Source: Macrostomum lignano (taxonomy: Eukaryota). Taken from it: a stretch of 64,000 nt of DNA. Of this stretch, positions 1 to 12,764 are shown one piece after another (the first letter of the stretch is position 1; every line of letters starts with the position of its first letter). The stretch spans positions 71,280 through 135,279 of the forward strand of contig NIVC01002851.1 in NCBI GenBank assembly GCA_002269645.1, given 5' to 3'. The notes under the pieces are model-generated. The model saw only the letters and a program-made list of their open reading frames with translations, ran no database searches and had not been told where the DNA came from. A program made the position numbers and the translations under genes.

Positions 1-75
1 GTTTAAAAAAAATTAGTTTTGTTGCAGGCGCCTCACTTTTCGATCTAGTCAGTTTTAGTGACTCTTGACGAGCTC

Positions 76-1198
76 ATTAGTCTATGGCCACAACCCTGCT
101 ACAGCTGTTTCGCTCTAGCCACTATCTATATACACTTGAAATTGGATTAGTCTATGGCCACAACCCTGCTACAGCTGTTTCGCTCTAGCCACTATCTATA
201 TACACTTGAAATTGGATTAGTCTATGGCCACAACCCTGCTACAGCTGTTTCACTCTAGCCACTATCTATATACACTTGAAATTGGATTAGTCTATGGCCA
301 CAACCCTGCTACAGCTGTTTCGCTCTAGCCACTATCTATATACACTTGAAATTGGATTAGTCTATGGCCACAACCCTGCTACAGCTGTTTCGCTCTAGCC
401 ACTATCTATATACACTTGAAATTGGATTAGTCTATGGCCACAACCCTGCTACAGCTGTTTCACTCTAGCCACTATCTATATACACTTGAAATTGGATTAG
501 TCTATGGCCACAACCTGCTACAGCTGTTTCACTCTAGCCACTATCTATATACACTTGAAATTGGATTAGTCTATGGCCACAACCTGCTACAGCTGTTTCA
601 CTCTAGCCACTATCTATATACACTTGAAATTTAATTAGTCTATGGCCACAACCCTGCTACAGCTGGTTCACTCTAGCCGCTATCTATATACACTTGAAAT
701 TGGATTAGTCTATGGCCACAACCCTGCTACAGCTGGTTCACTCTAGCCACTATCTATATACACTTGAAATTGGATTAGTCTATGGCCACAACCCTACTAC
801 AGCTGTTTCACTCTAGCCACTATCTATATACACTTGAAATTAAATTAGTCTATGGCCACAACCCTGCTACAGCTGGTTCACTCTAGCCGCTATCTATATA
901 CACTTGAAATTGGATTAGTCTATGGCCACAACCCTGCTACAGCTGGTTCACTCTAGCCACTATCTATATACACTTGAAATTGGATTAGTCTATGGCCACA
1001 ACCCTGCTACAGCTGGTTCACTCTAGCCGCTATCTATATACACTTGAAATTGGATTAGTCTATGGCCACAACCCTGCTACAGCTGGTTCACTCTAGCCGC
1101 TATCTATATACACTTGAAATTGGATTAGTCTATGGCCACAACCCTGCTACAGCTGGTTCACTCTAGCCACTATCTAAATACACTTGAAATTGGATTAG
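76..1198. repeat. 70-bp tandem satellite, about 16 copies (ATTAGTCTATGGCCACAACCCTGCTACAGCTG...CACTTGAAATTGG)
   Basis: Unit recurs at 76, 146, 216 and onward with few substitutions. Confidence 0.97.
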
Positions 1199-1714
1199 TA
1201 TTAGTATTAGGAGTACTCGTAGCATTAATGACAGTATTAGTAATGTGAAAGTTAACCGAAATGTCAAAGGCTATTTCTAATGGTTATTAATTAATTTATT
1301 AAATATTAAATGTCAAGGTTTTACATTTTTAAAGGTTCTATTGATCTTTTCCTCCAACAAGTTTATATATGCCGTTTTCTTAATAATACTTTGCCTTTTC
1401 AACAACTTTTCGTGCAATTTTTTTCTCAAATCGCTACCACTTGCAGCTGCTTGTGCAAACCGTACTGTCTGTCGTCTGGGCTTTCACAGCGAATCGAACC
1501 CACAAACCTTTTTCACCCTGTTTGCTCGCTAGTCATGCCTCTCAGCATGCGCTTTTTTCGTTTGCTATGCACCTGACCTTTGCCTGTAGTTGTCTTTTTC
1601 TACCCTTGTTAGTTTTCATATTTTCTGATTGTTGCAACACAAAAAGTATTTCAGTATTTCTCTTAATACGTTTTCATCTGGCTCGGCTTTTGTTGTCTGT
1701 TATTTAAAATTCTT

Positions 1715-1749
1715 TTTAATTGATCGATAGATAGATAGATTGATTGTTT

Positions 1750-1825
<76 letters not shown>

Positions 1826-2099
1826 CATACATACATGCGCAACAGTCGGCCGAGTCGGCCGATCCGGCCGACCGATTTGGCGGCCAACCAAGGTAAGTCG
1901 CAAAAATGCCCAGCCCAAAAAACACAGACGTAGTACTAATTTTATGACGAGGCATTTAGCCCTTATAAGACAGTCATAGTTACTCCTGCCGTCTACCCAA
2001 AATTGCGTTATGCCATTTTCATTCACATGTAAGTCGCACGGCCGACCAAATTTTGGAGGTTGCGCATGTATGGATAGATAGATAGACAGATAGATAGAC

Positions 2100-2130
<31 letters not shown>

Positions 2131-2322
2131 CAGATAGATAGACAGATAGATAGATAGATAGATAGATAGACAGATAGATAGACAGAAGATAGATAGATAG
2201 ATAGACAGATAGATAGACAGATAGATAGATAGATAGATAGATAGACAGATAGATAGACAGATAGATAGATAGATAGATAGACAGATAGATAGATAGATAG
2301 ACAGATAGATAGATAGATAGAC

Positions 2323-2353
<31 letters not shown>

Positions 2354-2372
2354 CAGATAGATAGAAAGATAG
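1715..2372. repeat. (AGAT/AGAC)n microsatellite split into two blocks by a 243-bp insert
   Basis: Arrays at about 1715-1826 and 2073-2372. Confidence 0.95.
1830..2072. mobile_element. MITE-like insert with 14-bp perfect terminal inverted repeats, inside a GATA array
   Basis: CATACATGCGCAAC (1830-1843) is the exact reverse complement of GTTGCGCATGTATG (2059-2072). Subterminal GTCGGCCG/CGGCCGAC motifs are also inverted. Confidence 0.6.
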
Positions 2373-2507
2373 ATATTTCTATCCATAACAAAATCAGACA
2401 TAATTTATCTGCAATACTGTCTCCAACAGTCTACTAACAGTAGATGAATATGCAAAAATTCTCGCCGCAACAAATTTCAGCAGTAGGCAAAAAGAAGATA
2501 GGTGATA

Positions 2508-5500
2508 ATGACCAGCGACGGCGACTCAATGGACGTTGACAGTGCTCAACCATCTTCGCCAAGGGCGCCGTCGCAGCAGCAGCCGCCCCCGCCTGAAGAA
2601 GCGGCGGCTACAGCGCAAGAAAAGCCCGAGGCAACATCGGCAACAACTTCAAAGAGTCGGAAAGAGAAAAAAGAAAAAAAGGAGAAGAAGGAGAAGAAAG
2701 AGAAGCGCGAGAAGAAGCGCCGCAATCGCAGCCGCAGCCGGAGCCGCAGTCGAGATCGCGACGCGGCGGACGGAAAACGCCGTCGTAAAGAAAAAGAAGC
2801 ATCTAAGAAATCGAGCAGCGCCGACCAGCAGCAGGAGGCGGGGTCTGCTGCCGAGTCGTCGCAAAAGCAGAAGACAGCAGATGACGACAAGCAGGCGGCA
2901 AAGAAAGCCGGGCCGCTGAGTCTGGAAGAGGTGCTGGCCCGTAAGAAAGCTCTGGAAGCTGAGCAGGCCAAGCCGAAGTTTCTCACCAAGGAGGAGAGGG
3001 CGGCGGAAGCTTTGAAGAGGCGAGCGGAACAGGTGGAAATGATGCGGGCTCAGCAGTTGCAGGCGCAGCAGGACCAGCAGCTGGCGGACAGGCGGGATCG
3101 AGACCGAGACCGCGATCGGGATCGGGACCGCGATCGGGATCGGGACCGCGACCGCGACCGTCGAGGAGATCGAGACCGGGACCGTGGTCGGGATCGTGAT
3201 CGGGATCGTGATCGGGACCGGGATCGAGGCCGGGACCGGGGCGGAGTCGGAGACGCAGGGACGGACAGTCGCGTGTTGGAAGCGATTCGCGAGCGCTATT
3301 TGGGCGGCAAGAAGCCTAGAAAGAAGCAGCGCAGGCAGAACGAGCGAAAGTTTGTGTTCGAATGGGACGCCACAGAGGATACTAGTCAGGATTATAACAA
3401 TTTGTATAAGGATAAGCACCAGGTGAATTTCAGCTTATTGTTAACTACGCTACATATCGGTAGTCAATTGAGAGTTGCAATTTTTGACGCCACCGCTGGT
3501 CCCACGTTCAACTGTCCAACCCGCCGCCCCATATATCACACCCCAGGTGCAATTATAATTGCTATATATAGCCATCCCGCCACCCCATATCACACCCCAG
3601 GTGCAACTATCGCTAACCCGCCACCCCATATCACACCCCAGGTGTAATTATCGCTAACCCGCCTCCCGATATCACACCCAGGTGCAATTATAGCCATCCC
3701 GCCACCCCATATCACACCCCAGGTGCAACTATTGCTAACCCGCCACCCCATATCACACCCCAGGTGTAATTATCGCTAACCCGCCTCCCGATATCACACC
3801 CCAGGTGTAATTATCGCTAACCCGCCTCCCGATATCACACCCCAGGTGTAATTATCGCTAACCCGCCTCCCGATATCACACCCCAGGTGTAATTATCGCT
3901 AACCCGCCACCCCATATCACACCCAGGTGCAATTATAGCCATCCCGCCACCCCATATCACACCCCAGGTGCAATTATCGCTAACCCGCCACCCCATATCA
4001 CCCCATATCACACCCCAGGTGCAATTATAGCCATCCCGCCACCCCATATCACACCCCAGGTGCAATTATAGCCATCCCGCCACCCCATATCACACCCCAG
4101 GTGCAACTATCGCTAACCCGCCACCTCATATCACCCCATATCACACCCAGGTGCAATTATAGCCATCCCGCCACCCCATATCACACCCCAGGTGCAATTA
4201 TCGCCAACCCGCCACCCCATATCACACCCCAGGTGCAATTATCGCCAACCCGCCACCCCATATCACCCCATATCACACCCCAGGTGCAATTATCGCTAAC
4301 CCGCCACCCCATATCACACCCCAGGTGCAACTATCGCTAACCCGCCACCTCATATCACCCCATATCACACCCCAGGTGCAATTATAGCCATCCCGCCACC
4401 CCATATCACACCCCAGGTGCAATTATCGCCAACCCGCCACCCCATATCACCCCATATCACACCCCAGGTGCAATTATCGCTAACCCGCCACCCCATATCA
4501 CACCCCAGGTGCAATTATCGCTAACCCGCCACCCCATATCACACCCCAGGTGCAACTATCGCTAACCCGCCACCTCATATCACCCCATATCACACCCCAG
4601 GTGCAATTATAGCCATCCCGCCACCCCATATCACACCCCAGGTGCAACTATCGCTAACCCGCCACCCCATATCACACACCCCAGGTGCAACTATCGCTAA
4701 CCCGCCACCCCATATCACACCCCAGGTGCAATTATAGCCATCCCGCCACCCCATATCACACCCCAGGTGCAACTATTCGGCCGGGGTCACCTGGCCGGCA
4801 TTGACGTGAAGACCCAGCGCAAGGAGATGGGCCGGTTCTACTCCAAGCTGCTGGAAGACCGCCGCTCGGACGCCCAGAAAGCTCAAGAGGAGAAGCGCCT
4901 CGATCATATCTTGAATCGCGAGGCCCGTCAAAAGTTCGACGATCGTCACTGGTCGGCCAAAGGCCTGGACGAGATGACCGAACGCGATTGGCGAATATTT
5001 CGCGAAGATTTCAGCATCTCAACTAAGGGTGGCAAAATTCCCAGGCCGTTGCGCAACTGGTCAGAGGCCGGACTGCGCCGCGAACTCGTGGAGGTCATTG
5101 AGGCTGTTGGCTACAAGGAGCCGACCCCCGTGCAGCGGCAGGCTATTCCTATCGGCCTACAGAATCGCGATATTATTGGCGTAGCTGAGACCGGCTCGGG
5201 TAAAACCGCCGCCTTCTTAATCCCTCTGCTTACCTGGATTATGAGTTTGCCGAAATTGGAACGAGCTGAAGACGCCGAGCAGGGTCCGTACGCTCTGATT
5301 ATGGCGCCAACAAGAGAGCTGGCCCAGCAGATTGAGGAGGAGGCCTACAAATTTGGCCGGCCTTTAGGCATCAAGATTGTATCCGTGATCGGCGGTCTGA
5401 GCCGAGAGGAACAGGTTCGTTTACGGCTGGGTTTGCTCTACTTTTCACTGATCCCCATATCCCTACTCAATGATCCCATATCCCTACTTAATAATCCCAT

Positions 5501-7938
5501 ATCCCTACTCAATAATCCCATATCCCTACTCAATGATCCCATATCCCTACTCAATAATCCCATATCCCTACTCAATGATCCCATATCCCTACTCAATGAT
5601 CCCATATCCCTACTCAATGATCCCATATCCCTACTCAATGATCCCATATCCCTACTCAATGATCCCATATCCTTACTCAATAATCCCATATTCCTATTCA
5701 ATAATCCCATATTCCTACTCAATGATCCCATATCCCTACTCAATTATCCCATATCCTTACTCAATAATCCCATATTCCTATTCAATAATCCCATATTCCT
5801 ACTCAATGATCCCATATCTCTACTCAGTAATCCCATATCCCTACTCAATGATCCCATATCCCTACTCAATTACCTCATCCCCTATCTCATCTCTTTACAC
5901 TATAATAATTTTTCTAAGAAATCCATGCAGTTCAACACCTAGAATGGTGAAATCGCCGATTTCCCCATCCTCCAGGGCTTCAAGCTTCGCCAAGGCTGCG
6001 AGATTGTTGTCGCCACACCGGGCCGCCTGTTGGACGTCCTCGAGAATCGCTACCTAGTACTCGGCCAGTGCACCTACGTTATCCTAGACGAAGCCGACAA
6101 GATGATCAACATGGGATTCGAACCCGAGGTGCAGAAAGTGCTCGAATACCTGCCAGTTAGCAACCAGAAGCCCGACACCGAAGCGGTCGAATCCGAAGAT
6201 TTCTTAATGAGCAATTTTGCTACTAAAAGAAAATTCCGTCAAACGGTGATGTTCACAGCGACAATGCCGCCTGCTGTAGAGCGACTCGCGCGGACCTATC
6301 TGCGCAGGCCTGCCATCGTGTACATCGGCTCCATTGGCAAGCCGACCGAACGGGTGGAACAGACCGTCATCATGATGACTTCCGAGGATCAGAAACGAAT
6401 CAAACTGCAGCAGATGCTCGAGCGAGGCATCGATCCGCCGATCATTATCTTTGTTAATCATAAGCGGGGCGCCGACTTGCTTACTAAGGGCCTGGAGAGA
6501 ATGGGATATAATAGCGTAAGTCCGCCATAATCTTTACGATTCTCCTATGTACAACCCCAAGCTCCCTGCATAACAAGCTCCGTACACAACCCCAAGCTCC
6601 CTACACAACCCTAAGCTCCCTGCACAACCCCAAGCTCCCTGTACAACCCCAAGCTCCCTACACAACAAGCGCCCTACACAACCCCAAGCTCCCTGCAAAA
6701 CACCAAGCTCCCTGCTCAACCCAAACTCCCTACACAACCCAAGCTCCCTGCACAACCCCAAACTCCCTACACAACCACACAACCCCAAGCTCCCTGCAAA
6801 ACACCAAGCTCCCTGCACAACCCCAAGCTTCCTACACAACACCAAGCTCCCTGCACAACCCCAAGCTCCCTGCACAACCCCAAACTCCCTGTACAACACC
6901 AAGCTCCCTACACAACCCCAAGCTTCCTGCACAACACCAAGCTCCCTGCAAAACCCCAAGCTCCCTGCACAACCCCAAGCTCCCTGTACAACACCAAGCT
7001 CCCTACATAACAAGCTCCGTACGCAACCCCAAGATCCCTGCACAACAAGCTCCCTACACAACCCTAAGCTCCCTGCACAACCCCAAGCTCCCTGTACAAC
7101 ACCAAGCTCCCTATACAACAAGCTCCCTACACAACCCCAAGCTCACTCCAAAGCCCCAAGCTCCCTTTTAATTCCCAATGTTCCTGCAATTCCCCAAACT
7201 CCTTTCAATGCCCCAAGCACCCTGCAATTACCCAAGTTCCTTGCACATATCAAGCTCCCTGCTATTCCCCAAGTTCCTTGCACATATTAAGCTCCCTGTA
7301 ATTCCCCAAGCTCCATGCAATTCCACAAGTTCCTTGCACATATCAAGCTCCCTGCAATTCCACAAGTTCCTTGCACATATCAAGCTCCCTGCAATTCCAC
7401 AAGTTCCTTGCACATATCAAGCTCCCTGCAATTCCATGAGTTCCCTGTACACATCAAGCTCCCTGCAATTCCCCAAGCTCCCAGCAATTCCAAAGTCTCG
7501 GCTACCTTAATTAGCGGTCTCACTCTTCATCTTCCCCTCTCTCCCGCTCTCGCCTCGCAGGTCTCCCTTCACGGCGACAAAGGTCAGGAGCAGCGCGACT
7601 TCGCGTTGAGCAGTCTCAAAGCCGGCACAAAAGACATCCTTGTAGCCACCGACGTGGCCAGCCGCGGCATCGACATCAAGGACGTTTCGCTAGTGATCAA
7701 CTACGACATGTCGAAGGACATCCAGACCTACACGCATCGAATCGGTCGAACCGGTCGGGCAGGTAAAAATGGCAAAGCCGTCACCTTCCTGACTAAAGAC
7801 GATTCCGGCGTGTTCTTTGATTTGAAGGAGACTCTGTTGGCCTCGCCAGTGTCCACCTGTCCGCACGAGCTGGCCAGCCACCCGGATGCCCAGCAGAAAC
7901 CCGGCACCGTGTCGCAGAAGAAGGGCGGCAAAGACTGA
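2508..7938 (+). CDS. DDX23: DEAD-box RNA helicase PRP28/DDX23 (U5-100K), about 826 aa, 4 exons
   Basis: Exons 2508-3422, 4767-5414, 5976-6515, 7561-7938, all phase-0 GT-AG joins. RS/RD-rich N-terminus, [40 protein letters not shown]. Confidence 0.95.
3530..4776 (+). repeat. About 41-bp minisatellite (about 30 copies) filling DDX23 intron 1; the unit spans the 3' splice site
   Basis: Unit CCCATATCACACCCCAG|GTGCAA(T/C)TATCGCTAACCCGCCA. The last copy forms the real acceptor at 4766/4767. Confidence 0.95.
5450..5870. repeat. 21-bp minisatellite in DDX23 intron 2
   Basis: ATCCCATATCCCTACTCAATG repeats; spurious PISLLND ORF. Confidence 0.93.
6550..7490. repeat. About 19-20-bp C-rich minisatellite in DDX23 intron 3 (two sub-types)
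   Basis: CACAACCCCAAGCTCCCTG repeats, then CAAGCTCCCTGCAATTCC variants. Confidence 0.9.
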
Positions 7939-8074
7939 ATGAAAGCGATTTTAACCTGTGACTTGCTGGTTTTGTACTACTTATTACTGTCAGTAGTGTC
8001 CGTTCTTCTTAGTGGGATTATCCTGGTTTTTGACAGATCACGTGGGGTGAAGTTATCTGGGTTTTAACTGTCCA

Positions 8075-8475
8075 ATGGGGGGAGATTATTTATTTATGGT
8101 GAGATTAATTGGGGTGTGATTATCTAGCTATGGTGAGATTAATTGGAGTGAGATTATCTAGCTATCGTGAGATTAGGTGGTGTAGTGAGATTATCTAGCT
8201 ATGGTGAGATTAATTAGGGTGAGATTATCTAGCTATGGTGAGATTAACTGGGGTGTGATTATCTAGCTATGGTGAGATTAGGTGGTGTAGTGAGATTATC
8301 TAGCTATGGTGAGATTAATTAGGGTGAGATTATCTAGCTATGGTGAGATTTACTGGGGTGAGATTATCTAGCTCTGGGGAGATTAATTAGGGTGAAATTA
8401 TCTAGCTATGGTGAGATTAATTGGAGTAAGATTATCCAGCTATGGTGAGATTAACTGGGGTGACATTATCTACGA
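8075..8475. repeat. About 34-bp degenerate tandem repeat
   Basis: GAGATTATCTAGCTATGGTGAGATTAA units. Confidence 0.85.
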
Positions 8476-8914
8476 TTTGCTTTTCATTAGGAGCATCGCT
8501 AATTATTATTTATTGGTATCCAGAAACACGCAGGTTTGTAAAATTATTGACACGCTTTCTGACCTTTAATTTCTGCATTCTTGTTCAGTTTTATATTTAT
8601 GTACGACATTACTTGGTAATAAGTAAATTTAACACTTATAATTATTGTGTTTTAAAATCCCGTGTAAACGTGTTTCACTGCCTACTGCAAGTAACTCATT
8701 TAAAATGTTTTTGTCTGCATGTTAAATAAATGCAACTGTGTTGCATTGCCTGACAACTTCCAGGCTTCATGGCGTTCAAAAATTGCGCTAATCAATAAAA
8801 AAGTATGCAAGTACTGTATATAATATAAAAGTGTATAAAAAATATTGCGACTTTTCTTCGACTTCGTAAAATTTTATGGGTGAAAATTTCAAGATACGTC
8901 TTGTATCCAGAAAC

Positions 8915-9075
8915 AGACATTTCTGGATGGACACTTCTGGACAGCAGACATTTCTGGATGGGAACTTCAGGACAGCAGACATTTCTGGATGGACACTTCT
9001 GGACAGCAGACATTTCTGGATGGGAACTTCAGGACAGCAGACATTTCTGGATGGGAACTTCAGGACAGCAGACAT
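8915..9075. repeat. About 31-bp tandem repeat, about 5 copies
   Basis: GGACAGCAGACATTTCTGGATGG(G)AACTTC units. Confidence 0.85.
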
Positions 9076-9385
9076 TTATCGATAAAAAACTTTCTGAAAG
9101 CAGAATTTTAGAATTGAAACTTCAGTAGTGACTTTTTATAGATGCTTTCTTTGCATCTGAGCTCAAATAAGCTTAATCCGCTGGCAATTAAACCGACTCA
9201 AATTTAGGTGTTTGACTGTCTATGGCAAAGGTCGCATCTTGGTACAGTCGCTTTAAAAGTTATATTTGAAGACTGAGAGCTGCTTAGCTCCCACAAGGAC
9301 AAAAATATACTGAAAACGTCTGCAGGACGCTTCGTGCACCGGTCCGGAAGCCACAAGGCCTGCAGCGGAGCCATCGGCAGCGGAA

Positions 9386-12300
9386 ATGTCGCACTTCGAC
9401 GCCACCATGTACAACTGGCACTACGGCGTGCTGCCCAAGACTGCCAAGCTCGCCTTCACCCCCGCCCAGACCTGCATTCTCAAGGACTATTTAGTAGTCC
9501 TGGACAGCAACATGGAGAATCTGTTCATCTTCAACCGGACCAACATGCAGCTGGAATCGCAGATTGGCACCGGAATCTGCGATCTGACAGTCTCCATCTT
9601 TCCGGTGTCTGAGGTGAGTCGCTTTGCCGCTGTGCGTTTGGCATGACTGCTTATGGTGGGATTCACACTGCACAGCTCACCCGATTAGAGTCAGGGACAT
9701 TGTGCACTGCTACCCAGCTGACCCGATATCAGTCAGGGACATTGTGCACTGCTACCCAGCTGACCCGATACCAGTCAGGGACATTGTGCACTGCTACCCA
9801 GCTGACCCGATTAGAGTCAGGGACATTGTGCACTGCTACCCAGCTGACCCGATTAGAGTCAGGGACATTGTGCACTGCTACCCAGCTGACCCGATATCAG
9901 TCAGGGACATTGTGCACTGCTACCCAGCTGACCCGATATCAGTCAGGGACATTGTGCACTGCTACCCAGCTGACCCGATTAGAGTCAGGGACATTGTGCA
10001 CTGCTACCCAGCTGACCCGATATCAGTCAGGGACATTGTGCACTGCTACCCAGCTGACCCGATTAGAGTCAGGGACATTGTGCACTGCTACCCAGCTGAC
10101 CCGATTAGAGTCAGGGACATTGTGCACTGCTACCCAGCTGACCCGATATCAGTCAGGGACATTGTGCACTGCTACCCAGCTGACCCGATATCAGTCAGGG
10201 ACATTGTGCACTGCTACCCAGCTGACCCGATATCAGTCAGGGACATTGTGCACTGCTACCCAGCTGACCCGATATCAGTCAGGGACATTGTGCACTGCTA
10301 CCCAGCTGACCCGATATCAGTCAGGGACATTGTGCACTGCTACCCAGCTGACCCGATAACAGTCAGGGACATAGTGCACTGCTACCCAGCTGACCCGATA
10401 ACAGTCAGGGACATTGTGCACTGCTACCCAGCTGACCCGATATCAGTCAGGGACATTGTGCACTGCTACCCAGCTGACCCGATAACAGTCAGGGACATTG
10501 TGCACTGCTACCCAGCTGACCCGATAACAGTCGGGGACATTGTGCACTGCTACCCAGCTGACCCGATAACAGCCACCGCTCCCGCAGAACGAGTCCAACC
10601 TGATGGTGCTGGTCAGCGGCAGTCTGGTGCAGCTGCTCAACATGGCCAACATTCACATGGAGAGCGTGAACAACGTGTTCGAGTACAGCTTCGTGGAGAT
10701 CAAGTGCCGCGATGGCAGCATCGCCAGCCTGTGGACGGACCGCTGCGCCTCCAGCTACCTGGTGCTGTGGCTCAGCTGCAAGGACAATCCGCTCATCTAC
10801 GAGCTCTTCGATGACAGCAGCCCGAAGATCGTGTTCGACAGGCTCGAGTGGGTCACGGCTGACCGCCTCCTGCTGGTTCGAGCTGGCAGCGTCCCCATCT
10901 GCTTCAGCGTCTTTAGCCTGGCCGCCAGGAGCTTCCTGAACCACGTGGTGATGAACATCGGCTGTGGACCGCAGCACTTTGCCATCTCCAGCAACAACAA
11001 GAGGCTGGTGCTGTGCCAGGATGGCAACTTCATCGTGTACGACACGGGCAACCTGAAGCGGCTGCTGTGCTGCAAATGCGACTTGGCTGAGGACTCGATG
11101 GACTTTATTGGGCTCTTCCAGGTGAGTGTGGCTGGATTGAGCTCTTCCAGGTGAGAGTGGGGCTGGACTGGGCTCTTCCAGGTGAGAGTGGGGCTGGATT
11201 GAGCTCTTCCGGGTGAGTGTGGGACTGGATTGAGCTCTTCCAGGTGAGTCTGGGACTGAATTGAGCTCTTCCGGGTGAGTGTGGGACTGGATTGAGCTCT
11301 TCCATGTGAGTGTGGCTGGATTGAGCTCTTCCATGTGAGTGTGGCTGGATTGAGCTCTTCCGGGTGAGTGTGGGACTGGATTGAGCTCTTCCAGGTGAGT
11401 CTGGGACTGGATTGAGCTCTTCCAGGTGAGTCTGGGACTGAATTGGGCTCTTCCAGGTGAGAGTGGGACTGGAATGGGCTCTTCCAGGTGAGAGTGGGGC
11501 TGGAATGGGCTCTTCCAGGTGAGTGTGGGGCTGGATTGGGCTCTTCCAGGTGAGAGTGGGACTGGAATGGGCTCTTCCAGGTGAGTGTGGGACTGGACTG
11601 GGCTCTTCCAGGTGAGTGTGGGGCTGGATTGGGCTCTTCCAGGTGAGAGTGGGGCTGGATTGATCTCTTCCAGGTGAGAGTGGGGCTGGATTGGGCTCTT
11701 CCAGGTGAGAGTGGGGCTGGACTGGGCTCTTCCAGGTGAGAGTGGGGCTGGACTGGGCTCTTACAGGTGAAGCTGATCTGCGTTGAAAAAGTGTAAAACC
11801 CAAGGCAAGCACAGCGAGCACTACTCAGACATGAATCTCACAGCAGAAGTCCCGCAACTCATCCCAAATGCAACTCGCCCTCTGCCCGACTGCAGAACAA
11901 CTTCATGACAGTGGGTCAGCTGACGGGCCACAAAGTGGTTCGCTACTACATCAACGAGGAGTACTGCTCGGTGGACCGAGTCAACGAGGGCAAGGTGAGC
12001 TTCGAGAGCTACGACCGGTTCAAGTCGGTGCAGCCGATCGGAGACGAGCTTCTGGTGGTCCGCTGCACCAGCAGAGATCAGCGCAGCGTGGTTCTCGGCC
12101 TCATCAACCACTTTGACGGCAACGTGTTCCAGTTTCTCAAGCTGCGACTCGGCGACATGCTCAGCCTCACGCAGAGCTGCCTGGTCACCTTTTCCAAGAA
12201 GTCGGCGGCTGATCGGCACTTCGAGCTCGCGCTGTTCGACTTCACCGCGCCAGCCGCCCCAGACGACCTGTGGCCGCGCCTCAAGCAGAAGCTGGCGGAG

Positions 12301-12731
12301 ATTCGCAAGCACAAGAAGTCTCTGCAGGACTACTCAATCTCAAAGCAGAGGCACGTGCAACAGCTGATGCGGGCCAAGATGCTCGAGCTTAACAGGAGCC
12401 ACCTGAATGAGCTCAAGCGAATCGCCAAGAATCCCGTGTACATGTCTAAGGCTGCCGCTCAGGACGAGTCCGTGGTGACTGTGAGTTAGCTGAGAACTGC
12501 TGCTCTGTTGAGTCCTGTTGGGTTCTGTTGAGTCCTGTTGTTTAGGAACACGCAAGAAAGTTAAAGATTCCCATTTCTCTGCCCTGTGAGCAACTGTAAC
12601 TGAGGTGCTGAGGCGCTGTGGAAGTCAACAAGTAGGAATTAACCACCTTTCCCTCGCTCTACCCCTCACAGAGCAGGCTCGTCTCTAACTCGCTGTCCGA
12701 GCAGTGCTCCGATGAAGAATGCCAGCCTCCT

Positions 12732-12764
<33 letters not shown>

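Noticed and set aside
76-1198. CRISPR-like appearance of regular repeats here and elsewhere
   Set aside because: Units are head-to-tail without unique spacers; eukaryotic context; no cas genes.
5415-5975. DDX23 intron 2 as a possible exitron (561 nt, 3n)
   Set aside because: In-frame TAG at 5940-5942 prevents productive retention.
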